From: an uncultured archaeon
GTDB lineage: Archaea > Aenigmatarchaeota > Aenigmatarchaeia > GW2011-AR5
Assembly (NCBI GenBank): GCA_964373695.1
Contig: CAYJVT010000014.1
Span: 1 to 21,842, forward strand
DNA length: 21,842 nucleotides
Direction of reading: 5' to 3'
Below are positions 13,509 to 21,199 of this stretch, one piece after another. A program made the position numbers and the translations under genes. Each line of letters starts with the position of its first letter. Within the stretch, counting starts at the first letter, position 1. The notes beneath the pieces were generated by a model. It searched no databases. It was not told the origin of the DNA and saw nothing but the letters and a program-made list of their open reading frames with translations.

Positions 13509-13625
13509 GCATCCGTAATCTAATGGCAGGATTTCAGCTTCCCAAATGCCCTACGTTCTTCGAACGTATCGCATGCCATATTATGGAGATAGCTGATAAT
13601 GCGGGTTCGAATCCCGCCGGATGCA
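13509..13625 (+). tRNA. tRNA-Gly(CCC) with a 46-nt intron at 37/38
   Basis: Acceptor GCATCCG/CGGATGC, A73, anticodon stem TCAGC/GCTGA, loop TTCCCAA after removing 13545-13590, 4-nt variable loop, T arm GCGGG-TTCGAAT-CCCGC. Confidence 0.92.
13545..13590 (+). other. tRNA-Gly intron (46 nt)
   Basis: Central helix TTCC/GGAG; internal hairpin ATGC-CC-TACGTTC-TTC-GAACGTA-TC-GCAT. Confidence 0.85.
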
Positions 13626-13654
13626 TTGATAAGCTTTTTTCCTAAATTAGGTCA

Positions 13655-13813
13655 ATGGGACTCGGCAGCTACGCGCGCTTTGCAATAGGACTTGCACTTT
13701 CACTGGAAATACTGCGCTCTTGGTTCTCCGGCCAGCAGCTATCGATATTGGCTCTGGGGCTTGCGGTTGCCTTCTTGATTCTTTCCATCCTGTTCTTCAT
13801 TAAAAGGATATAA
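13655..13813 (+). CDS. Small 2-TM membrane protein (52 aa, absent from the ORF track)
   Basis: Manual translation MGLGSYARFAIGLALSLEILRSWFSGQQLSILALGLAVAFLILSILFFIKRI; fills the gap between tRNA-Gly and mvaD. Confidence 0.7.
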   Translation: MGLGSYARFAIGLALSLEILRSWFSGQQLSILALGLAVAFLILSILFFIKRI

Positions 13814-13835
13814 GAATTTCCATCATAGTAGAACG

Positions 13836-14825
13836 ATGAAAGCCACGGCAGTCGCGAATGCCAATATTGCCCTGTCAAAATACTGGGGAAAACGCAACAG
13901 CGCCCTGATACTGCCTTTCAACGGCAGTATTTCCATGACATGCGACGGCATGCATACGAAGACGACGGTGGAATTCTCTGAGAAATATGCGCATGACTCA
14001 ATAACAATAAACGACGAGGAGCTTAGAAAAGACGAGAAAGACATATTGGGCCATGTTGGCAGGATACGGCATCTTACGGGCATAAAAGAGCGTGCAAAAA
14101 TAGTTTCGGAAAGCAACTTTCCTGTTGCTGCCGGCCTTGCAAGCAGCGCTTCCGGCTTCGCAGCGCTGACGCTTGCGGCAACAAAGGCAGCCGGCCTTTC
14201 GCTTGATGAAAGAGAGATTACAATCCTCACCCGCCAGGGGTCTGGCAGTGCATGCCGCTCCATATGCGAGGGCTTCGCCGAATGGCACCGCGGCACAAAA
14301 GAAGACGGCTTGGACAGCTACGCTGAAAGCATCGCCAGCAAGAGGCATTGGCCTGAGTTCCGCATGCTTGCGACAATCGTGCAGGAATCCAAGAAAAAAG
14401 TCTCTTCAAGGGCCGGCATGAAGCAGACAGTTGAGACATGCCCCCTCTACAATGGATGGCTCGACAGCGTCGGCGCCGATCTGGATGCGATACGTGCTGG
14501 CATACTTGAAAAGGATTTCACAAAGGTCGGCTCTACAGCCGAGTACAATGCGCTGAAGATGCACGCCACTATGATGACCACGAAGCCTTCCATCATATAC
14601 TGGATACCCGCCACGGTCGAGATAATGCATTCGGTGATGCTATGGAGAGAGGAAGGGCTTGATGCCTACTTCACCATGGACGCAGGCCCTAACGTCAAAG
14701 TACTTTGTCTGGAAAAGGACGAGAAGGAGATTTCAAAACGCCTCTCGTCGCTTGGCGGTGTCATAAAGGTCATATCATGCAGGCCCGGCGACGGCGCATC
14801 CCTTTCAAACGAGCATTTGTTCTGA
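13836..14825 (+). CDS. mvaD: Diphosphomevalonate decarboxylase
   Basis: NIALSKYWGKR, NGSISMT, NFPVAAGLASSASGFAAL, GSGSACRS, NALKMHA and YFTMDAGPNV; KYWG rather than the haloarchaeal PMD-type KYHG. Confidence 0.95.
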   Translation: MKATAVANANIALSKYWGKRNSALILPFNGSISMTCDGMHTKTTVEFSEKYAHDSITINDEELRKDEKDILGHVGRIRHLTGIKERAKIVSESNFPVAAGLASSASGFAALTLAATKAAGLSLDEREITILTRQGSGSACRSICEGFAEWHRGTKEDGLDSYAESIASKRHWPEFRMLATIVQESKKKVSSRAGMKQTVETCPLYNGWLDSVGADLDAIRAGILEKDFTKVGSTAEYNALKMHATMMTTKPSIIYWIPATVEIMHSVMLWREEGLDAYFTMDAGPNVKVLCLEKDEKEISKRLSSLGGVIKVISCRPGDGASLSNEHLF

Positions 14826-14830
14826 TTATT

Positions 14831-16045
14831 ATGTTCAAAGTCTTTGCCTTTGATTTCGACGGTGTTCTTGCCAAGAACACTAAAGAATTGGTATTGCTGT
14901 GCAGGCGAGCATGGGAACGCATGGGGCGCGATGCAAGCAGGATAAGCAACAGCGATATAGAGAAATACAGGCCGCTCATAAGGAACGCCCTAGACTGGTT
15001 CGGCCTCCTGTCCCTTCTGGACGGGAAAAAGCCTGTTTCGCCGTCCTCGATAGCTGATATCAGGGCCAGGTATCCAGAGGAGTCAAAAAAATTTTCAGAG
15101 TTGTTTTTTGGGGAGAGGTACGTCATCCAGGAAAAGGATTTTGACGGCTGGCTGGAGCTTGTTGAGACTTTTGATTTTGTCATCAAAGCCGTGAAAGACA
15201 AGGCTGCCGAAAGCAGCGTATACATAGTCAGCAGCAAGGACAGGAAGACTATAATGTTGCTTCTGGAACGCATGGGAATAAATATCGATAAGGAACGGGT
15301 GTTTGGAAAGGAATTTTCCTTGGACAAAAGAAAAATAATACGCCGCATAATGGACATCGAAGGCGTAAGCGGAAGAGAGGTCTTGTTTATAGACGACTCG
15401 ATAGAGCAGCTGAAGTCAGTAATGGAAATGGGGACGGCTGTTGTTATGGCTTCATGGGGCTATACGACGGAAGAGTACGTGGAAGAGGCGAGGAATATGG
15501 GAATCTTTATCGCGGACGAAAATAATCTCCGTTCCATACTAACGGAAGAATATTTTGACATAGTCGACGAAAACGACAATATAGTAGGAAAGGCGGCGCG
15601 GAAGGAGTGCCACTCAAATCCGAAGCTAATCCACCGCGGCGTTGATATCATCATAACCAACTCCGGAGGCCAGATTCTCCTGCAGAAACGCGGCATGAAG
15701 AAAGACCTTTATCCGGGGATGTGGACATGCTCTGCGACAGGGCATAATGACGTCGGCGAAAGCTACCAGGATGCTGCCGAAAGGGAGCTGGAGGAGGAAT
15801 TGGGCATAAAAACACGGCTTAGTTTCCTTTGCTCCTATAGCCTCCGCTCGGAGGCAGAGAGCGAGAACCTGCAAATCTTCACTGGCATGCATGACGGCCC
15901 CTTCCATCCGAACACGGAGGAAGTGGACGAAGTGAAGTTCTTCGACATAAGCGAGGCAAGAAAACTGGCCGACGCCGGCAACAACGTGACGCCTGGGTTC
16001 ATCCAGGCCTTCGGGGAATATCTTAAATATTCTGGAAGGAAGTGA
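14831..16045 (+). CDS. HAD phosphatase-Nudix hydrolase fusion protein
   Basis: HAD motifs FDFDGV, IVSSK, IDDS, WGY; from about 15545 an IDI-like/YfcD-like Nudix domain with a full GX5EX7REUXEEXGU box. True start ATG14831, 5 nt after the mvaD stop. Confidence 0.85.
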   Translation: MFKVFAFDFDGVLAKNTKELVLLCRRAWERMGRDASRISNSDIEKYRPLIRNALDWFGLLSLLDGKKPVSPSSIADIRARYPEESKKFSELFFGERYVIQEKDFDGWLELVETFDFVIKAVKDKAAESSVYIVSSKDRKTIMLLLERMGINIDKERVFGKEFSLDKRKIIRRIMDIEGVSGREVLFIDDSIEQLKSVMEMGTAVVMASWGYTTEEYVEEARNMGIFIADENNLRSILTEEYFDIVDENDNIVGKAARKECHSNPKLIHRGVDIIITNSGGQILLQKRGMKKDLYPGMWTCSATGHNDVGESYQDAAERELEEELGIKTRLSFLCSYSLRSEAESENLQIFTGMHDGPFHPNTEEVDEVKFFDISEARKLADAGNNVTPGFIQAFGEYLKYSGRK

Positions 16046-16047
16046 AG

Positions 16048-17088
16048 ATGATGATAAAGGTTTCCGCACCAGCTAAATGCCATATAATTGGTGAGCATGC
16101 TGTGGTCTATAATAAACCTGCGATAATTGCAGCCGTCGGGAAAAGGATATATGTCAGCGCGGAGAAATCCGGTGTTATAGAGCTGAAAGATGCGAGATGG
16201 AACAGCAAGCGTGCCTGGGCGGTGCATGACGCTTATGAGGCGTCGCACAAAGCAACAGGGATATGGAATGAATGCATGAAGAAAAAAGATTTCACGGAGC
16301 TTCTTTTCTGGTCAAGAACAGGCAGCTCTTACGATAATTACTGGAAGGCCATGATAGGGACAGTGCTTCGCCTTACAGACGCCAGTTCCGGGATTTCATT
16401 GCACATAACAAAATGCGACATTCCGACAGGCTCCGGACTCGGCTCGTCGTCGGCAACTGCGGTTGCAGTGGTGAAGGCGATAAGCGAAGCTTACGGCAAG
16501 AATCTTCCTATTGAAAGAATAAATGAAATCGCATATGAGTGCGAGAAGCTCATCCACGGCACGCCGTCCGGGGGCGACAACTCGGCATCGTGCTACGGCG
16601 GATTGATATGGTTCCGGAAAGCGCAGCCGAAGAATGAAATTACCTCCCTGAGGAATGAAATAACCCATAAGCTGGAGAACTTCGTCCTCGTGTATGCTGG
16701 CGAGCCTCAGAAAAACACCGGGGAACTGATACAGATGGTGCGCGACATGCCGGAAAGCGAGCGCGAGCCGAAGATGCAGGAAATCGAGAAGATGACGCAT
16801 GAAATGAAGGAAGTCCTGAAGAAGAAAAATTATGCCGGAATGAAGGAGATAATGAACAGGACTAACGAAATTCTCACGTCCTTCGGACTCTCAACGCCGG
16901 AAACTGAAAAAATATTCGAGAAGATAGTTTCCTTGGGAGGCGCCGCGAAGATGTGCGGCGCCTGCGGAGGCGGGATGATGCTTGCGTGGCACAAGAATCC
17001 AGGAAAGATATCGGATGCGATGAAGAAGATGGGCTTCGACGCCTATGCAGCGGATTTGGCGGTGGAAGGCGTCAGGGTTGAGGATTAA
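16048..17088 (+). CDS. mvk: Mevalonate kinase
   Basis: SAPAKxxIIGEHAVVY, DIPTGSGLGSSSA, HGTPSGGDN and AKMCGACGGG GHMP motifs; GTG16042 and ATG16051 are alternative starts. Confidence 0.92.
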   Translation: MMIKVSAPAKCHIIGEHAVVYNKPAIIAAVGKRIYVSAEKSGVIELKDARWNSKRAWAVHDAYEASHKATGIWNECMKKKDFTELLFWSRTGSSYDNYWKAMIGTVLRLTDASSGISLHITKCDIPTGSGLGSSSATAVAVVKAISEAYGKNLPIERINEIAYECEKLIHGTPSGGDNSASCYGGLIWFRKAQPKNEITSLRNEITHKLENFVLVYAGEPQKNTGELIQMVRDMPESEREPKMQEIEKMTHEMKEVLKKKNYAGMKEIMNRTNEILTSFGLSTPETEKIFEKIVSLGGAAKMCGACGGGMMLAWHKNPGKISDAMKKMGFDAYAADLAVEGVRVED

Positions 17089-18131
17089 ATTTTGTAAGCC
17101 ACCGTTACAAACAACAAGTTGCTTGTCGGGAGAACCGGCCACGGATTTTCTGAAAGGACTTCATTAAGGTATCCTGAAGGTTTTGTCCACAAGCCTGATT
17201 TTTTTAGTTCAGTCTCATAATTTTCCACAGGTCTGTGTGCCTCGAGCATTACCAAATCATCTGTAGGATCAAAGGTTCCGCTTTGAATCGCTTCATTTCT
17301 TACGGCTTCCCACCCTTTCCAGAATCTTCTTATCATCTTGTCTGCTTCGTTATAACGTCTTCTAATGATATAATTACCCGAAGATGGGTTTTTGCATTGT
17401 GGATATATCTGGGCGAACATTTCAAGATCATGTTCTTTTGTTTCCCATTCAAACTCGTCTATCAGGAACTTGTAGACATTGTGAGGATGTTCCCACATGG
17501 AATTATGCCAGTCTGAAAGAACGATAAATCTATCTTTTTTTAATACTCTTGCCAGAGATTTCACCGGCGTGTCAAGATACGCGTGGTGGTGAATCGCTGC
17601 GACTGACGTCACAATATCCTGTGAATAAGGCTCAATATGCAAGGGCACGCAAGTGTCTCTTGTGTTCAGAGTTCTGAAATTTACATCTCTTTTTAATCCT
17701 TTTTTCTCAAGCCCTATTGCAGCAGATTCTAACCTGTCGTAAGAAGGCTCAACAAGCGTTGCATAAATTCTTTCCATGTCCTCGCCTTCACTCTCAAGAA
17801 AGTCGTAAAGAACAAGCGTGCTGACGCCAGCCCCGGTTTCCAAATAATTCACTCTTCCGGGCATATCCCTCATAAGCCTTGATACAGTCCTAGCATTAGC
17901 GTCGCGGAGCATCTGGGAGAAGTTTCCCATCCCGGATATGTTTACAGCATCGACCACATGCTGCATCTGCCTTGGCGATCCGACAGCCCACTCGATTTCA
18001 TATTGCCTGTCGCTTTCCTCCCTGAATTCACCTTCAGGAATTCCCCATTTGGGATAAGCATACGAAGGCACGCGCAAGGCGCTGCCTAATCTTACAGGCA
18101 TCCTTGATGAATCAATTTCATACGGCTCCAT
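17085..18131 (-). CDS. Class I SAM-dependent methyltransferase, substrate unknown
   Basis: YLETGAG (motif I), LVEPS (II), DIVTSVAAIHH (IV), RVLKKDRFIVLSD. Confidence 0.7.
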   Translation of the reverse strand: MEPYEIDSSRMPVRLGSALRVPSYAYPKWGIPEGEFREESDRQYEIEWAVGSPRQMQHVVDAVNISGMGNFSQMLRDANARTVSRLMRDMPGRVNYLETGAGVSTLVLYDFLESEGEDMERIYATLVEPSYDRLESAAIGLEKKGLKRDVNFRTLNTRDTCVPLHIEPYSQDIVTSVAAIHHHAYLDTPVKSLARVLKKDRFIVLSDWHNSMWEHPHNVYKFLIDEFEWETKEHDLEMFAQIYPQCKNPSSGNYIIRRRYNEADKMIRRFWKGWEAVRNEAIQSGTFDPTDDLVMLEAHRPVENYETELKKSGLWTKPSGYLNEVLSENPWPVLPTSNLLFVTVAYKI

Positions 18132-18212
18132 TTATTCCAACTCTGAAAGTGGTGTTTCTGCGTATCCGCATACCCTCTTTAAGGATTTCAAAAGCCTTCT
18201 TAAATCTACCCC

Positions 18213-18222
18213 TTTTATAAAA
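18213..18222 (+). promoter_or_regulatory. TATA box for the phosphomevalonate kinase-idi unit
   Basis: TTTTATAAAA ending 20 nt before ATG18243 (leaderless spacing). Confidence 0.6.
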
Positions 18223-18242
18223 CTTGTCGTTGTGATTTTATC

Positions 18243-19340
18243 ATGGTGCATTTCTCCGCCCCTGGCAAGCAGTTCATCTCCGGGGAATGGGCTATACTTG
18301 AAGTAGGCTCGAAGGGTCTTGTTGCAGCCGTCAACAGGCGCGTCCATGCTGATGTGAAGGAGAACGGCTGCATAAGCATATCAATAGACGACTTCGGCAT
18401 AAAGGACCTGAAGGCGGATTTCGACGGTTCAAGGCTGGTCTTCAGGGACGATATTTCTTCAGTTCGCGACAAATTGCAGTTTATCAAGGAGGCCATAGAG
18501 ATATCGCTCATGTTCCTCGACGAGCAGAAAATTGAAAGAAAGAATTTCTCCATAAGGACGTGGGGGGAGGATGTTTCCATAGGGAGCAGGAAGATAGGCT
18601 TCGGGAGCAGCGCCGCCTCCACTGTCGCCGTCATCGCCGCCGTCCTGAACTTCCATTCATATAACGCCGGCAAGGACGAGGTATACAAGCTTGCCGCCAT
18701 TGCCCACTACTACGCGCAAGGCAAGGTGGGTAGCGCTTTCGACGTGGCCGCCTCGACATACGGCGGAGTCTTCGTATACAGCCGCTTCGACCCCAAATGG
18801 CTGACTGCAAAGATAGAAAGAAGGGCGCCCCTTTCCGCTATTTTAAATGATGAGTGGCCGTCGCTTCTGGTGGAGAACCTCGACATCCCGGACGAATTTA
18901 TCATGCTTATAGGGTGGACAGGCGACTCCTTCTCCACGTCGGCCGCGATAAAAAAGATGAACGAGAAGAAGGCGTCTGACGAAACGACATACAGGGCTCT
19001 GATGGAAAACATCTCCTCATGCGCTTCCCGCGCCGTGGAGGCGTGGAAGGATGACGACAGGAAAGGCCTGATGAGGTGCCTGAACGAGAACGAGCTGTGC
19101 CTGCGCAACCTCGGGGACTGGGCTGACATCCCCATAGAAACGAAGGAATTGCGCCTTTTGCATGACATAGCGATGAAGCATGGCGCCGCCGGCAAGCTTT
19201 CAGGCTCCGGAGGCGGCGACTGCGGCATTGCCGTATGCTACGACAGGAAGACAGCCGAGAAGATACGCCAGGATTGGGAGAAATCCGGCCTGCAGACTGT
19301 GGATGCGGCTCTGGATATCGGGGGCGTCAGAGAAGAATAA
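18243..19340 (+). CDS. mvaK2: Phosphomevalonate kinase (Gram-positive/ERG8-like)
   Basis: SAPGKxFISGEWAIL, KIGFGSSAAST, QGKVGSAFDVAASTYGG, GWTG, GKLSGSGGGDCGI. Confidence 0.92.
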   Translation: MVHFSAPGKQFISGEWAILEVGSKGLVAAVNRRVHADVKENGCISISIDDFGIKDLKADFDGSRLVFRDDISSVRDKLQFIKEAIEISLMFLDEQKIERKNFSIRTWGEDVSIGSRKIGFGSSAASTVAVIAAVLNFHSYNAGKDEVYKLAAIAHYYAQGKVGSAFDVAASTYGGVFVYSRFDPKWLTAKIERRAPLSAILNDEWPSLLVENLDIPDEFIMLIGWTGDSFSTSAAIKKMNEKKASDETTYRALMENISSCASRAVEAWKDDDRKGLMRCLNENELCLRNLGDWADIPIETKELRLLHDIAMKHGAAGKLSGSGGGDCGIAVCYDRKTAEKIRQDWEKSGLQTVDAALDIGGVREE

Positions 19341-19364
19341 AAGCTCTTCTTTCAAGGTATTTTT

Positions 19365-19877
19365 ATGCCTGACACGCTTATACTGGTTGACAGCAGCGAC
19401 AAGGAGATAGGGTACGAGCAGAAGGAGAAGTGCCACAGGAACCCCGTTCCGTTGCACCGCGCTTTCTCTATATTCATATTCAACAGGAACGGCGAGCTTC
19501 TTATACAAAAAAGAAACAGCAAAAAGAAGACGTGGGGAGGCTTCTGGTCGAATACGTGCTGCAGCCACCCCAGGAAAGGCGAAGCCGTGCTTGAGGCTGC
19601 AAAGCGCCGGCTGAAAGAGGAACTTGGATTTGCTGCGGATTTGCGGTATTTGTTCAAGTTCGAGTATGACGCAAAATGCGACAATACATGGGGCGAACAT
19701 GAGCTTGATCACGTCTTCGTCGGCGAGTACGACGGCAAGGTTGCGCCCAACAGGGACGAGGTCGAGGACTGCAGGTGGATTGATATTGACGAACTGAAAG
19801 CCGACATGAAGAAGCGCCCTGAAAAATATACGCCTTGGTTCAGGATATGCATTGACAGGGTGCCAAAAGAAAAATGA
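19365..19877 (+). CDS. idi: Isopentenyl-diphosphate delta-isomerase, type 1
   Basis: LHRAFS, LLIQKR, WSNTCCSHP (catalytic Cys), GEHELDHVF (catalytic Glu), YTPWF. Confidence 0.96.
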   Translation: MPDTLILVDSSDKEIGYEQKEKCHRNPVPLHRAFSIFIFNRNGELLIQKRNSKKKTWGGFWSNTCCSHPRKGEAVLEAAKRRLKEELGFAADLRYLFKFEYDAKCDNTWGEHELDHVFVGEYDGKVAPNRDEVEDCRWIDIDELKADMKKRPEKYTPWFRICIDRVPKEK

Positions 19878-19895
19878 TTTTGATAGAATAGATGA

Positions 19896-20183
19896 TCATT
19901 CACGCCTTCTGCGGCCGTCATCACGCCTTTGCCTGCGGCCGTCCATGTCTCTTTTTGGAGGCTCCACGTAAGGCCTGCTCTTCATCTCCGCACGCATCGC
20001 CTCGACCTTGGTCATTCTAGTCAGGTAGCCGGCTACCCTGTTTCTGGCGCGCTTTTCCGACACGGCGTTAAGCTCTTTCAGCGATTCCTTGTTCTTCTCG
20101 AAATCGGCGCCGAACTTGTCTGCATAAAGTTCCTTCAGCTTCTCGCCGGCTCTTTTTATGTCCTTTGTCTTTATGTTTCCCAT
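19896..20183 (-). CDS. rps17e: 30S ribosomal protein S17e with an Arg/Asp-rich tail
   Basis: MGNIKTKDIKR...KF..DFEKNK...RNRVAGYLTR. Confidence 0.95.
   Translation of the reverse strand: MGNIKTKDIKRAGEKLKELYADKFGADFEKNKESLKELNAVSEKRARNRVAGYLTRMTKVEAMRAEMKSRPYVEPPKRDMDGRRQRRDDGRRRRE
19899..19943 (-). repeat. Imperfect tandem duplication in the rps17e tail
   Basis: GACGGCCGCAGGCAAAGGCGTGAT followed by GACGGCCGCAGAAGGCGTGAA (DGRRQRRD / DGRRRRE). Confidence 0.8.
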
Positions 20184-20242
20184 AGCTGCCTTTCTTATAA
20201 TTCAAGCAATGCTTTAATAGGTTTTAAGTGGGTTTAAATCCT

Positions 20243-21199
20243 ATGCAAAAGGCTGTTATTTCCAGGTCTCCGATAGGCACTTTTGCCTTCTCTCCCGGAG
20301 GTGACCTGATTTTTTACCAGTTGTACAGCAGGGAGCCGTCAAAGGCACTCGAAGAGTTCAATGCAAAGCGCATCATGAAGGAGATGAAGGGCTACGAGGT
20401 CTCTGAGGACAACGCCTTCATCCGGAAGAACATGAGGCAGTATGCGCTCAACCTGGGTTTTTGTGACAACGAGGCCGACCTCAACAGGTTCATCTCGGAG
20501 TTCAGTGCCCTTCTATCCAGGGAAAGGCTTGTGGGGATGATAGGGAGAGACAGGCTGCTCATTCAGGCAAGCAACGCTCTCGAAGACGCGAACAAAATCG
20601 TGTCTTTGATGCTGGAGAGGCTGTACGAATGGTATACGCTCCATTATCCGGAATGCAGGCTCGACAAGAAGCAGCTTATGGAGAGCGTTATAAAGCACGG
20701 TAGAAGGGAGAATTTCCCGTCGTTTTCCGGAAGCTCCGGCGTGCCTTTGTCCGAGAGCGACGAGATTATTCTCACGGAATATGCGAAGTCGATAAAGGAA
20801 ATGTCTGAAAAAATCAGGCTCATGGAGAAATACGTCAAGCATTCGATGAAAGAGATAATGCCGAACTTTTGCGGCCTGGTGGAGCCTCTCCTTGCCTCGC
20901 GGTTCCTTTCGCATGCGGGCTCGATGGAAAAGCTTGCTAGGCTGCCGTCTTCGGCCATACAGTTGATGGGGGCGGAGAAGGCGCTTTTCCGCCATCTCAA
21001 GAACAAGAAAAGGGACAAGTCGCCGAAGTTTGGCATGATATTTCTCTCGTCATGGGTCCAGAACTCGACGGAGAAAGGGAAGGCAGCAAGGCTTCTTGCA
21101 TCTAAGCTCATGATTGCGTCCAAGATAGACTTCTACTCCGGGCGCGACGAGTCGGAGCGCCTGAAGAGGGAATTGGTTGAGGAGATAGGAAGGATATGA
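20243..21199 (+). CDS. nop5: C/D box methylation guide RNP protein Nop5 (Nop56/58)
   Basis: LERLYEWYTLHYPE, MPN...AGSMEKLARLPSSAIQLMGAEKALF, SPKFG, GKAARLLASK...IDFYSG; ATG20243 preferred over GTG20228. Confidence 0.95.
   Translation: MQKAVISRSPIGTFAFSPGGDLIFYQLYSREPSKALEEFNAKRIMKEMKGYEVSEDNAFIRKNMRQYALNLGFCDNEADLNRFISEFSALLSRERLVGMIGRDRLLIQASNALEDANKIVSLMLERLYEWYTLHYPECRLDKKQLMESVIKHGRRENFPSFSGSSGVPLSESDEIILTEYAKSIKEMSEKIRLMEKYVKHSMKEIMPNFCGLVEPLLASRFLSHAGSMEKLARLPSSAIQLMGAEKALFRHLKNKKRDKSPKFGMIFLSSWVQNSTEKGKAARLLASKLMIASKIDFYSGRDESERLKRELVEEIGRI

Noticed and set aside
11373-13835. tRNA 3' ends as attachment sites of an integrated element
   Set aside because: No duplicated tRNA 3' end or integrase is seen in the window.
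14705-14830. ORF-track N-terminal extensions (also 11019-11060, 12776-12808, 20228-20242)
   Set aside because: They overlap upstream genes or promoters; downstream ATGs match the family N-termini.
15545-16045. Second type-1 IDI
   Set aside because: The catalytic Cys and Trp positions are not conserved and a full Nudix box is present; the true idi is at 19365-19877.
17085-18203. TTAA at both sides of the methyltransferase as a target-site duplication
   Set aside because: TTAA is common in AT-rich spacers; there are no terminal inverted repeats or transposase.
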